DNA of 32,000 nucleotides. Origin: Pseudomonas aeruginosa. GTDB lineage: Bacteria; Pseudomonadota; Gammaproteobacteria; Pseudomonadales; Pseudomonadaceae. Where the stretch lies: assembly GCF_001457615.1 (NCBI RefSeq), contig NZ_LN831024.1:1230001-1262000 (forward strand). The letters are read 5' to 3'. The translations under genes and the position numbers were made by a program. The notes below the pieces were generated by a model. It ran no database searches and had not been told where the DNA came from. It saw nothing but the letters and a program-made list of their open reading frames with translations. This document shows, piece by piece, positions 1 to 8,284 of this stretch. Positions within the stretch are counted from its first letter, which is position 1, and the number at the start of each line of letters is the position of its first letter.

Positions 1-1
1 G

Positions 2-466
2 CTGCACTACGACAAGCGCCATCTGTTCCGCATGGCCGGCGAACACGAGCACTACAGTCCCGGCGAACGCCAGGAACTGTTCGAACTCAAGGGCTGGCGG
101 GTGCGCCCGCTGATCTGCTACGACCTGCGTTTCCCGGTGTGGAGCCGCGACCCGCACGACACCGACCTGTTGCTCTACACCGCCAACTGGCCCGCGCCTC
201 GTCGACAGCACTGGAACCGCCTGCTGCCGGCGCGGGCGATCGAGAACCTTTGCTACGTGGTGGCGGTGAACCGTATCGGCGAAGACGGCAACGCCTTGCG
301 CTACGCTGGGGATAGCCAGGTCCTGGACTTCCAGGGCGACAGCCTGTTCAACGCGGCGGACGCCGACGGCGTGTTCCGCGTCCGGCTGGACGCGGCGGCA
401 CTGGCGGCCTATCGCCAGCGTTTCCCGGCCTACATGGACGCGGATCGCTTCGAAATCCATCCTTGA
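2..466 (+). CDS. Carbon-nitrogen hydrolase (nitrilase superfamily, YafV/omega-amidase-like), C-terminal 154 codons; 5' end outside window
   Basis: Frame open from nt 2 (LHYDKRHLFRMAGEHEHY...), stop TGA 464-466. Contains RPLICYDLRFPVW, the catalytic-Cys context of nitrilase-superfamily enzymes. High GC3. Confidence 0.8.
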   Translation: MHYDKRHLFRMAGEHEHYSPGERQELFELKGWRVRPLICYDLRFPVWSRDPHDTDLLLYTANWPAPRRQHWNRLLPARAIENLCYVVAVNRIGEDGNALRYAGDSQVLDFQGDSLFNAADADGVFRVRLDAAALAAYRQRFPAYMDADRFEIHP

Positions 467-599
467 GTGCCGGAACGTCCGCTTCCGGTCGATGTCCGAG
501 GCCATGACCCGGCGCTGCGCATGATGGCGCAGTGCCGGGAATGGAGTTACCCGTATCCCGCGGCGCCGCGCCGTGGGCATCAGATCAGGAGGAAGACCA

Positions 600-1187
600 A
601 TGGGACTGCTCGATTCGATTCTCGGTTCGGCGCTGGGTGGCTCTGAAGGACAGGGAGGTGCTCGCGATCCGAAAGTGGCCCTGTTGATCGGGCTGGTGAC
701 CATGCTGATGTCGCGCCAGGGCGGTGCGGCACAGGGCGGTGGCGATGGCGGTGGTCTGCTCGGTTCGCTGGGCAGCATCCTTGGTGGTGCCGGCGGCGGG
801 GCCGCGAGCGGCGGGCTGGGTGGCGTCCTCGGCGATCTGCTCGGTGGCGCCGCGGGCGGTGCCGGGCAGGCGGCGCCGGGCGTGGAGGCCGGCTCACTGG
901 GCGGACTCGGCGGGTTGTTCCAGATGCTCCAGAACGCAGGCCTGGGCGATGCCCTGAATTCCTGGATCGGCGGTGGGCCGAACCAGTCGGTGTCGGCGGC
1001 GGACATTTCCCGGGTCTTCGGCGACGGTCAATTGCAGCAACTGGCGGACTCCGCCGGAGTCAGCCAGGGCGAGGCGGCCGAACACCTGAGCAGCCTGCTG
1101 CCGGAACTGGTCAACAAGCTGACGCCGGACGGCCAGGCGCCGCAGGGCGACCTGGACATCGGTTCGCTGCTGGCGCGCTTCAGCTAA
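600..1187 (+). CDS. YidB/DUF937-like glycine-rich protein
   Basis: AGGAGG at 587-592, then ATG 600 (MGLLDSILGSALGG) in the 573..1187 frame. Long G/A/L low-complexity core. C-terminal ...AEHLSSLLPELVNKLTPDGQ... resembles YidB-family tails as I recall them. Confidence 0.65.
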   Translation: MGLLDSILGSALGGSEGQGGARDPKVALLIGLVTMLMSRQGGAAQGGGDGGGLLGSLGSILGGAGGGAASGGLGGVLGDLLGGAAGGAGQAAPGVEAGSLGGLGGLFQMLQNAGLGDALNSWIGGGPNQSVSAADISRVFGDGQLQQLADSAGVSQGEAAEHLSSLLPELVNKLTPDGQAPQGDLDIGSLLARFS

Positions 1188-1204
1188 GGCTTTCCCGTCG
1201 ATGC

Positions 1205-1237
1205 GGAGCGGATAGCCGCGATACGGTTATCCGCTCC
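1205..1237. terminator. Hairpin between convergent genes (possible bidirectional terminator)
   Basis: GGAGCGGATA (1205-1214) pairs perfectly with TATCCGCTCC (1228-1237), with a 13-nt loop. No clear U-tract. Confidence 0.4.
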
Positions 1238-1274
1238 ACTCAACGGGGCGAGGCCGCCCTCGACGGCAGGTCGG

Positions 1275-2225
1275 TCAATAGGCGCTGGCGCTGTCCAGGC
1301 GGTGGATCGCCTGTTCGTCGAGCTTCAGGTGGGTGGCGGCGATCAGGTCGTCGAGCTGTTCCAGGCTGGTGGCGCTGGCGATCGGCGCGGTCACCGTCGG
1401 ACGAGCGATGAGCCAGGCCAGGGCGACCTGGGTCGGGTTGGCGTTGTACTGCTCGGCCACTTCGTCGAGCGCCGCGAGGATGGCCACGCCGCGCTCGTTG
1501 AGATAACCCTTCACCTTCTCTCCCCGGGCTCGCCCGGCGGTGTCGGCCTGGTTGCGGTACTTGCCGCTGAGGAAGCCGCTGGCCAGCGAGTAGTAGCTGA
1601 TCACCCCGATACCGAGTTCTTCCACCGTCGGCTCCAGGTTGGTCTCGTAGTCGGCGCGATCGTACAGGTTGTATTCGGGTTGCAGGCTCTGGTAGCTCGG
1701 CAGGTTAAGCCGGGCGCTGACCTGGCGTGCTTCGAGGAGGCGCCGGGCGTCGTAGTTGGAGGCGCCGATGACCCGTACCTTGCCTTTCTTGATCAGTTCG
1801 CCATAGGTGGAAAGGGTTTCCTCCAGGTCGGTGTGGGGATCGTCGGTGTGCGACTGGTAGAGGTCCAGGTAGTCGGTCTGCAGGCGTCGTAGCGAGCGCT
1901 CCAGGGCCTGCTCGATATAGGCGGCGGAGAGACCTTTGTGGCCATTGCCCATGTCCATCCCGACCTTGCTGGCGATCACCATGCGGTCGCGTTTGCCGGT
2001 GCGTTTCAGCCACTTGCCGATGAGGGTTTCCGACTCGCCGCCCTGGTGCCCGGGAACCCAGCGCGAATAGACGTCGGCGGTGTCGATGCAGTTCAGGCCG
2101 GCGTCGAGCAGGGCGTCCAGCAGCCTGAAGGAGGTGCTTTCGTCGGCAGTCCAGCCGAAGACGTTGCCGCCGAATACCAGTGCCGGTATCTCCAGGCCGG
2201 AGTTGCCGAGTTTGCGTGTGGTCAT
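1275..2225 (-). CDS. Aldo/keto reductase family oxidoreductase (316 aa)
   Basis: Full ORF. AGGAGG lies 8 nt upstream of the ATG at 2225. AKR-type sequence (LGNSGLEIPALVFGGNVFGW, IDTADVYS, GASNY, LAWL). Confidence 0.9.
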   Translation of the reverse strand: MTTRKLGNSGLEIPALVFGGNVFGWTADESTSFRLLDALLDAGLNCIDTADVYSRWVPGHQGGESETLIGKWLKRTGKRDRMVIASKVGMDMGNGHKGLSAAYIEQALERSLRRLQTDYLDLYQSHTDDPHTDLEETLSTYGELIKKGKVRVIGASNYDARRLLEARQVSARLNLPSYQSLQPEYNLYDRADYETNLEPTVEELGIGVISYYSLASGFLSGKYRNQADTAGRARGEKVKGYLNERGVAILAALDEVAEQYNANPTQVALAWLIARPTVTAPIASATSLEQLDDLIAATHLKLDEQAIHRLDSASAY

Positions 2226-2405
2226 GCGTCATCCCTCCTGAGTGCGGTCCTGTGTGGGCGCTTTCGTTCGCACGTCTTGCTGTGACTCCCGGCGGGTGCG
2301 GAATGTTCAGCCGGCGCGCAGCGTCCTATAGACTCTGCCGGTTGCCGGGATTTTCCAATGCCGGCCCTGGTAAAGCTTCAGTAAATATCCGCAGGGAGCA
2401 CACGC

Positions 2406-2861
2406 ATGAACAGCGACACCGAGAATCCGTTCCGCCCACCGGAGGCCCGCCTGGACGAGCCTGACGCCACCCATGGCGAGCCGCTGTACAGGCTTTCCGC
2501 GATCGGTCTGGGTACCTTCATCGGCACGCCCCTGGCCGGTGCCTTCCTCGCGGCGGTGAATCTCCGTCGCCTGGGACGGGCGCAGGAAGTCGGGAAAACC
2601 TGGCTGGTCGGCCTCTGCCTGTTTGTCCTGCTGCCAGTTCTGGGCGCGATACTGCCGGAGAACATCCCCTCGATCGGCTTCACGGTGGCGCAGATATTCG
2701 GCATGGTCTACTACGCCAAATCAGCCTTCGGTCCGGCCCTGGACAGCCACAAGGCAGCGGGCGGAGCGTTCATTTCCAACTGGCGGGCGGCGGGGATCGG
2801 CCTGCTGTTCATGTTGGTGGTCCTGTCGGTAGCGATCCCGGTGGTGATGCTGGTGGTGTGA
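2406..2861 (+). CDS. Hypothetical integral membrane protein (151 aa)
   Basis: GGGAG precedes ATG 2406. Polar N-terminus followed by about 4 hydrophobic spans. High GC3. No family recognised. Confidence 0.7.
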   Translation: MNSDTENPFRPPEARLDEPDATHGEPLYRLSAIGLGTFIGTPLAGAFLAAVNLRRLGRAQEVGKTWLVGLCLFVLLPVLGAILPENIPSIGFTVAQIFGMVYYAKSAFGPALDSHKAAGGAFISNWRAAGIGLLFMLVVLSVAIPVVMLVV

Positions 2862-2914
2862 GGGGCAGCCCGCGCTTTGCCTTATCATGAGTTCTTTATC
2901 CGCGATGACTGGCC

Positions 2915-3247
2915 ATGACTACACAACGCTACCTGCTCGATGAACTGGAAACCGCCGACATGCTCGAGATCGACGGTCTGCACGCCTGGCGCTTCGAACT
3001 CAACGAGAACCTGCTGGACCAGGCGGACCTGGCGGCGGAAGCCGACCAGCCGTTCGCCAGCGAAGACTGGGTGCTGGCGGTGGAAAGCCTGGATGGACGC
3101 ACCCGTCGCGAGTGGCGTTTTTCCTACAACGCGGTGATGGAAGCCGAGCCCCAGGCCGATGGCGAGTCCTGGCGCCTGACCACAGGGGAGGGGGCGTACC
3201 AGCTCCGTTGCCTGGGAGCGGTCAGCGCCAGCGGCGAGGATGAGTGA
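2915..3247 (+). CDS. Hypothetical acidic cytoplasmic protein (110 aa)
   Basis: ORF with high GC3, followed by a strong terminator. Weak RBS. No motif recognised. Confidence 0.6.
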   Translation: MTTQRYLLDELETADMLEIDGLHAWRFELNENLLDQADLAAEADQPFASEDWVLAVESLDGRTRREWRFSYNAVMEAEPQADGESWRLTTGEGAYQLRCLGAVSASGEDE

Positions 3248-3273
3248 AGCGACTCAGCTGAAAGATGCCCATG

Positions 3274-3302
3274 AAAAAAGGGAGCCGCCTGGCTCCCTTT
3301 TT
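3274..3302. terminator. Bidirectional rho-independent terminator (shared by the 110-aa gene and leuA)
   Basis: AAAAAA-GGGAGCC-GCCT-GGCTCCC-TTTTT. 7-bp GC stem (3280-3286 / 3291-3297) flanked by an A-run and a T-run. Confidence 0.85.
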
Positions 3303-3316
3303 CCCTTCCGTGCCGG

Positions 3317-4987
3317 TCAGGCCGCCTTGGCCTCGGCCTGGGTCACCGCGCGGTTCAGCGCGCTGAACAGGGCGCGGAAGCTGGCGGTGGTAATGTTCTC
3401 GTCGATGCCGATGCCGTGCAGCGGGCGCTGGCCCTCCAGGCGGATCTCGATATAGGCCGCGGCCTTGGCATTGGCGCCGGCGCCGATGGCGTGCTCATGG
3501 TAGTCCATGATTTCCGCCTTGACCGGCAGGGCGGCCACCAAGGCTTCCAGCGGTCCCTTGCCGATCCCGCGCCAGTGCTGCTTCTCGCCGTCGAAGGAGA
3601 CTTCCAGGTCGACGGCGCTGGTGCCGTTCTCTTCCTGCAGGCGATGGCTGGCGAGGACGTAGGGCGAGGTCGCCTTGAGGTATTCGTTTTCCAGCAGCGA
3701 GTAGATCTGTTGTGCGGTCATTTCCAGGCCGAGACGGTCGGTCTCGCCTTGCACTACCTGGCTGAACTCGATCTGCATGCGCCGCGGCAGGCTGATGCCG
3801 TACTCCTGTTCGAGCAGGAAGGTGATGCCGCCCTTGCCGGACTGGCTGTTGACCCGGATCACCGCTTCGTAGTCGCGGCCGATGTCGGCCGGATCGATCG
3901 GCAGGTACGGCACTTCCCAGATCGCGTCTTCCTTCTGCTGGGCGAAGCCCTTGCGAATGGCATCCTGGTGCGAGCCGGAGAAAGCGGTATGGACCAGGTC
4001 GCCGACATATGGATGGCGCGGGTGGACCGGCAACTGGTTGCACTCTTCGACCACCTTGCGCACCGCGTCGATGTCGGAGAAGTCCAGTTGCGGATGCAGG
4101 CCCTGGGTGTACATGTTCAAGGCCAGGGTCACCAGGTCGACGTTGCCGGTGCGCTCGCCGTTGCCGAACAGGCAACCTTCGACGCGGTCGGCGCCGGCCA
4201 TCAGGCCCAGCTCGGTGGCGGCCACGCCGGTGCCACGGTCGTTGTGGGTGTGCAGGCTGATGATCACGCTGTCACGCTTGTCGACGTGGCGGCCGAACCA
4301 TTCGATCTGGTCGGCGTAGACGTTCGGCGTGGCGCACTCCACGGTGGCCGGCAGGTTGAGGATGATCTTGTTGTCCGGGGTCGGTTGCCAGACGTCGATC
4401 ACCGCGTTGCAGACCTCCACCGAGAACTCCAGCTCGGTAGAGCTGAAGATTTCCGGCGAGTACTGGAACGACCACTGGGTATCCGGTTGCTCGGCGGCCA
4501 GCTTCTTGATCAGTTTCGCGGCGTTGGTGGCGATGTCCACGACGCCCTGCTTGTCCTGGTTGAAGACGATGCGGCGGAACGACGGGGCGGTGGCGTTGTA
4601 GACGTGGACGATGGCCTTCTTCGCCCCGCGCAGGGATTCGAAGGTGCGGGTGATCAGGTCTTCGCGGGCCTGGGTCAGCACCTGGATGGTGACGTCGTCC
4701 GGGATGTGGTTGCCTTCGATCAACTCGCGGACGAAGTTGAAGTCGGTATCGGAAGCCGACGGGAAGGCCACTTCGATCTGCTTCAGGCCGACCTGCACCA
4801 GGGTCTTGAAGAATCGCATCTTCTTCGCCGCGTCCATCGGTTCGATCAGCGACTGGTTGCCGTCGCGCAGGTCGGAACTGCACCAGATCGGCACCTCGGT
4901 GATGGTCTTCGACGGCCAGGTGCGGTCGGGCAGATTGATGGCCGAGAATGGGCGGTATTTCTGCGAAGGGTCTTTCAACATGCTCAT
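3317..4987 (-). CDS. leuA: 2-isopropylmalate synthase, long (about 556 aa) form
   Basis: Start taken at [14 protein letters not shown] (ATG at 4987), not the upstream in-frame ATG at 5095. Motifs [21 protein letters not shown] and a C-terminal LeuA dimerisation/regulatory region. Confidence 0.95.
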   Translation of the reverse strand: MSMLKDPSQKYRPFSAINLPDRTWPSKTITEVPIWCSSDLRDGNQSLIEPMDAAKKMRFFKTLVQVGLKQIEVAFPSASDTDFNFVRELIEGNHIPDDVTIQVLTQAREDLITRTFESLRGAKKAIVHVYNATAPSFRRIVFNQDKQGVVDIATNAAKLIKKLAAEQPDTQWSFQYSPEIFSSTELEFSVEVCNAVIDVWQPTPDNKIILNLPATVECATPNVYADQIEWFGRHVDKRDSVIISLHTHNDRGTGVAATELGLMAGADRVEGCLFGNGERTGNVDLVTLALNMYTQGLHPQLDFSDIDAVRKVVEECNQLPVHPRHPYVGDLVHTAFSGSHQDAIRKGFAQQKEDAIWEVPYLPIDPADIGRDYEAVIRVNSQSGKGGITFLLEQEYGISLPRRMQIEFSQVVQGETDRLGLEMTAQQIYSLLENEYLKATSPYVLASHRLQEENGTSAVDLEVSFDGEKQHWRGIGKGPLEALVAALPVKAEIMDYHEHAIGAGANAKAAAYIEIRLEGQRPLHGIGIDENITTASFRALFSALNRAVTQAEAKAA

Positions 4988-5064
4988 GGGGCTAATCCTT
5001 TGGAGTCGGTTCCTGGGCCGGCGGGGCCAGGCGAACGCAGTGACGAGATGAAGAGAAGCGTCGC

Positions 5065-5142
5065 TCAGCCACGCAGTCGCGGGCTGACCAGGCACAAGCA
5101 GGCGTGTTGGCGGAGCAGGATGAGGGTGTGTGGTGTTTTCAT
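5065..5142 (-). promoter_or_regulatory. Candidate Leu-rich upstream ORF / leader peptide for leuA (25 codons)
   Basis: Hand translation of the minus strand gives ATG AAA ACA CCA CAC ACC CTC ATC CTG CTC CGC CAA CAC GCC TGC TTG TGC CTG GTC AGC CCG CGA CTG CGT GGC TGA = [25 protein letters not shown]. It has 6 Leu including a LILL run. It ends 77 nt before the leuA ATG. No canonical terminator follows and the RBS is weak. Confidence 0.3.
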
Positions 5143-5293
5143 GCGTACCACACTAGTGAGACTGCATTTGAATGGCAAGCATTAAAGGAAAATTAGTAGA
5201 ATTTCCCATTTGTGCGGCTTTTGTGGGTTTTTATTCTTTCTCTGCGGTGAAAGCTTGTCCTCGATTGCGCCGCCGGCACGCTCTCCGCAACGG

Positions 5294-5320
5294 AAAATTC
5301 TGCGGCCCCATGCCGCAGAA
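5294..5320 (-). terminator. Orphan rho-independent terminator-like hairpin, minus-strand orientation
   Basis: TTCTGCGGC (5298-5306) and GCCGCAGAA (5312-5320) form a 9-bp perfect stem with a 5-nt loop. On the minus strand the hairpin is followed by TTTT (5294-5297). No annotated minus-strand gene lies upstream of it. Confidence 0.4.
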
Positions 5321-5466
5321 GAGCCAGCCGCCCTTGTGCGATCATTTCGTTCCCCGTGCCTGGGGCGTATAACGACAGGCGCATTCTTCTTTTCGGCATG
5401 ACCCGGCGCGAGCAGCCATCCGGCCCGCTACGCGGTGGTCTTCATTCAAGACGGCGGGAGTCGCAG

Positions 5467-5928
5467 GTGGCGACCACTCTGAAACGACAAGGCATCGGTG
5501 CATGGCTGGCTCTGTTCGCCATGCTGATGATCTTCGTCGGGCCGCTGATCTCCCAGTCGATGCCGATGGACCACCCGATGCCGATGGGCGTGGGGATGGG
5601 CCACGAAGGCATGTCCCACGAGAACATGGACCATGGCGACATGGCCCATGCCGGCTGTTCCGATGCCCAGCGCTCCGTCGTCCATGCCGGCATGCCGGGG
5701 ATGGGCGGCGAGGAAGGCAATCGCCTGGCCAGCGACGTGCTCTGGGAGAAGTGCGGTTATTGCAGCCTGTTGTTCCACAGCCCGCCGCTCACCGAAGACG
5801 CCTGCCTGGCGCTGTTCTCCGTTCCCTTCGCGACGGCGCCCGCCGTCGCTTTCCTGAACGAGGCGTTCGTCGCCTCGCCGGTGTTTCCCGGCGCCCGTAC
5901 CCGTGCGCCGCCGTTCCTGATCGCCTGA
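5467..5928 (+). CDS. DUF2946-like secreted/membrane-anchored protein with Met/His-rich tract
   Basis: GGAG at 5457-5460, then GTG 5467 (alternative ATG at 5398 in the same frame). Hydrophobic N-terminal segment GIGAWLALFAMLMIFVGPLI. MPMDHPMPMGVGMGHEGMSHENMDHGDMAH tract. WEKCGYCSLLFHSP motif, which I associate with DUF2946. Located directly upstream of oprC. Confidence 0.7.
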   Translation: MATTLKRQGIGAWLALFAMLMIFVGPLISQSMPMDHPMPMGVGMGHEGMSHENMDHGDMAHAGCSDAQRSVVHAGMPGMGGEEGNRLASDVLWEKCGYCSLLFHSPPLTEDACLALFSVPFATAPAVAFLNEAFVASPVFPGARTRAPPFLIA

Positions 5929-5963
5929 CCTCTTTCAATCCGATAGCCGCCGCTTCCTGGGGG

Positions 5964-5990
5964 CACCGGCGCGTCTTCGCCGCGCCGGTG
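5964..5990 (+). promoter_or_regulatory. GC hairpin in the DUF2946-oprC spacer
   Basis: CACCGGCGCG (5964-5973) and CGCGCCGGTG (5981-5990) form a 10-bp perfect stem with a 7-nt loop. No U-tract. Confidence 0.35.
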
Positions 5991-6048
5991 ACGCGAGCCT
6001 GGCCGGGTGCCTGCTCGCCGTGGGGGCGGGGCGGAAGTCACATAGATC

Positions 6049-8220
6049 ATGGAAAAACGTATGTCTACTCAACAACGAGCGGCCGGCAACGCCTGCCCGA
6101 CCGCCGCTTTCAGCTTCGACCCTGCCCGTCTCGCACAACGCCGCCGCTGGGCGGGAGCCTTCGCCGCTCTGTGCGGCCTGGCCCTGTCTCCGTCGGCGCT
6201 CCTGGCCGAGGAACACTCACAGCACCAGGATCACGCCGTGGAGCTGGCGCCGAGCGTGGTCACCGGAGTCGCCCAGAGTTCGCCGCTGACCATCGTCACC
6301 AATCCCAAGGAGCCGCGCCAACCGGTGCCGGCCAGCGATGGGGCCGACTACCTGAAGACCATTCCCGGCTTCGCGGTGATCCGCAACGGCGGCAGCAACG
6401 GCGACCCGGTGCTGCGCGGGATGTTCGGTTCGCGCCTGAACATCCTCACCAACGGCGGCATGATGCTCGGTGCCTGTCCGAACCGGATGGACGCGCCGAC
6501 CTCCTACATCTCGCCGGAAACCTACGACAAGCTCACCGTGATCAAGGGCCCGCAGACGGTGCTCTGGGGGCCGGGCGCGTCGGCCGGGACGATCCTCTTC
6601 GAGCGTGAGCCGGAGCGCTTCGGCGAACTCGGCTCGCGGGTCAACGCCAGCCTGCTGGCCGGCTCCAATGGCCGCTTCGACAAGGTGCTGGACGCCGCCG
6701 CCGGCGACCGGCTCGGCTACCTGCGCTTCACCGGCAACCACGCGCAGTCCGACGATTACGAGGACGGCGCCGGGAATACCGTGCCGTCGCGCTGGAAGAA
6801 GTGGAACGGCGACGTCGCGGTCGGCTGGACCCCCGACGAGGACACCCTGATCGAACTCACCGCCGGCAAGGGCGACGGCGAGGCACGCTACGCCGGGCGC
6901 GGCATGGACGGCTCGCAGTTCAAGCGCGAGAGCCTGGGCCTGCGCTTCGTCAAATCGAACGTCAGCGATGTGCTGGAGAAGGTCGAGGCACAGGTCTACT
7001 ACAACTACGCCGACCACATCATGGACAACTTCCGCCTGCGCACTCCCGACCCATCCAGCATGATGCCCATGCCGATGGCGTCCCAGGTGGACCGACGCAC
7101 CCTCGGCGGTCGCCTGGCGGCCACCTGGCGCTGGGACGACTTCAAGCTGGTCACCGGGGTCGACGCCATGCGCAACGAGCACCGCGCGCGCGGCTCCAAG
7201 TACGACATGATGACCGACTACTACACCGACGCCGACCAGTTCCCCTGGAGCAAGGACGCGGTGTTCCACAACTACGGGGCCTTCGGCGAACTGACCTGGT
7301 TCGCCGCCGAGCGCGACCGGCTGATCGGCGGGTTGCGCCTGGACCGCGCCTCGGTCAAGGACTACCGGCAGACCCTGAAGTCCGGGCACATGGGCCACGC
7401 CATGGCCAACCCGACGGCCAACGACACCCGCGCCGATACCCTGCCCAGCGGCTTCGTGCGCTACGAGCACGACCTCGCCGACTCGCCGACCACCCTCTAC
7501 GCCGGCCTCGGCCATGCCGAGCGCTTCCCCGACTACTGGGAGCTGTTCTCGCCCAAGCGCGGGCCGAACGGGTCGGTCAACGCCTTCGACAAGATCAAGC
7601 CGGAAAAGACCACCCAGCTCGACTTCGGCCTCCAATACAACGGCGACAAGCTGCAGGCCTGGGCCTCCGGCTACGTCGGGGTGGTCCAGGACTTCATCCT
7701 GTTCAGCTATCGCGAGGGCATGATGGGTTCCTCGACCCAGGCGACCAACGTCGACGCGCGGATCATGGGCGGCGAGCTGGGCGCTTCCTACCAGCTCACC
7801 GGCAACTGGAAGACCGACGCCAGCCTGGCCTATGCCTGGGGCAAGAACAGCTCGGACGACCGCGCGCTGCCGCAGATCCCGCCGCTGGAAGCGCGCTTCG
7901 GCCTGACCTACGAGGAAGGCGACTGGAGTGCCGGCAGCCTGTGGCGGGTGGTCGCGCCGCAGAATCGCATCGCCAGGGACCAGGGCAACGTGGTCGGCAA
8001 GGACTTCGACAAGAGCGCCGGCTTCGGCGTCTTCTCGCTCAACGGCGCCTACCGGGTGACTCGCAACGTCAAGCTGAGCGCCGGTGTCGATAACCTGTTC
8101 GACAAGGACTACACCGAGCACCTGAACAAGGCCGGCGACGCCGGCTTCGGTTTCTCCGCCAACGAAACGGTTCCCGAGCCGGGCCGGACCTTCTGGACCA
8201 AGGTCGACTTCAGCTTCTGA
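6049..8220 (+). CDS. oprC: TonB-dependent copper receptor OprC (723 aa)
   Basis: TonB-dependent receptor architecture (plug then barrel) with C-terminal ...WTKVDFSF. Codons 143/147/323/325 are C/M/H/M (GAC-PNR-M and DH-I-M), matching the CxxxM...HxM copper site I recall for OprC. SSMMPMPMAS tract. Confidence 0.92.
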   Translation: MEKRMSTQQRAAGNACPTAAFSFDPARLAQRRRWAGAFAALCGLALSPSALLAEEHSQHQDHAVELAPSVVTGVAQSSPLTIVTNPKEPRQPVPASDGADYLKTIPGFAVIRNGGSNGDPVLRGMFGSRLNILTNGGMMLGACPNRMDAPTSYISPETYDKLTVIKGPQTVLWGPGASAGTILFEREPERFGELGSRVNASLLAGSNGRFDKVLDAAAGDRLGYLRFTGNHAQSDDYEDGAGNTVPSRWKKWNGDVAVGWTPDEDTLIELTAGKGDGEARYAGRGMDGSQFKRESLGLRFVKSNVSDVLEKVEAQVYYNYADHIMDNFRLRTPDPSSMMPMPMASQVDRRTLGGRLAATWRWDDFKLVTGVDAMRNEHRARGSKYDMMTDYYTDADQFPWSKDAVFHNYGAFGELTWFAAERDRLIGGLRLDRASVKDYRQTLKSGHMGHAMANPTANDTRADTLPSGFVRYEHDLADSPTTLYAGLGHAERFPDYWELFSPKRGPNGSVNAFDKIKPEKTTQLDFGLQYNGDKLQAWASGYVGVVQDFILFSYREGMMGSSTQATNVDARIMGGELGASYQLTGNWKTDASLAYAWGKNSSDDRALPQIPPLEARFGLTYEEGDWSAGSLWRVVAPQNRIARDQGNVVGKDFDKSAGFGVFSLNGAYRVTRNVKLSAGVDNLFDKDYTEHLNKAGDAGFGFSANETVPEPGRTFWTKVDFSF

Positions 8221-8284
8221 ACCTTCAACGAGGCCCCGTCCAGCGGGGCCCGCCTTGCCTGTGTGCGCTCCGATGAGGTGATCC

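Noticed and set aside
3416-5185. 589-aa plus-strand ORF
   Set aside because: Antisense to leuA. No recognisable motifs. High-GC artefact.
5172-5399. 66-aa (+) and 68-aa (-) ORFs in the leuA / DUF2946 intergenic region
   Set aside because: They lie in AT-rich non-coding-looking sequence, have no RBS, and the minus-strand one runs through the 5298-5320 hairpin. Composition is unlike the neighbouring genes.
7054-7083. MPMPM-encoding ATGCCC/ATGCCG repeats as a possible DNA tandem repeat (also near 5557-5650 and 9139-9175)
   Set aside because: These are only 2-3 short imperfect units within coding frames. They are better explained as selection for Met/His/Pro metal-binding peptides than as a DNA-level repeat element.
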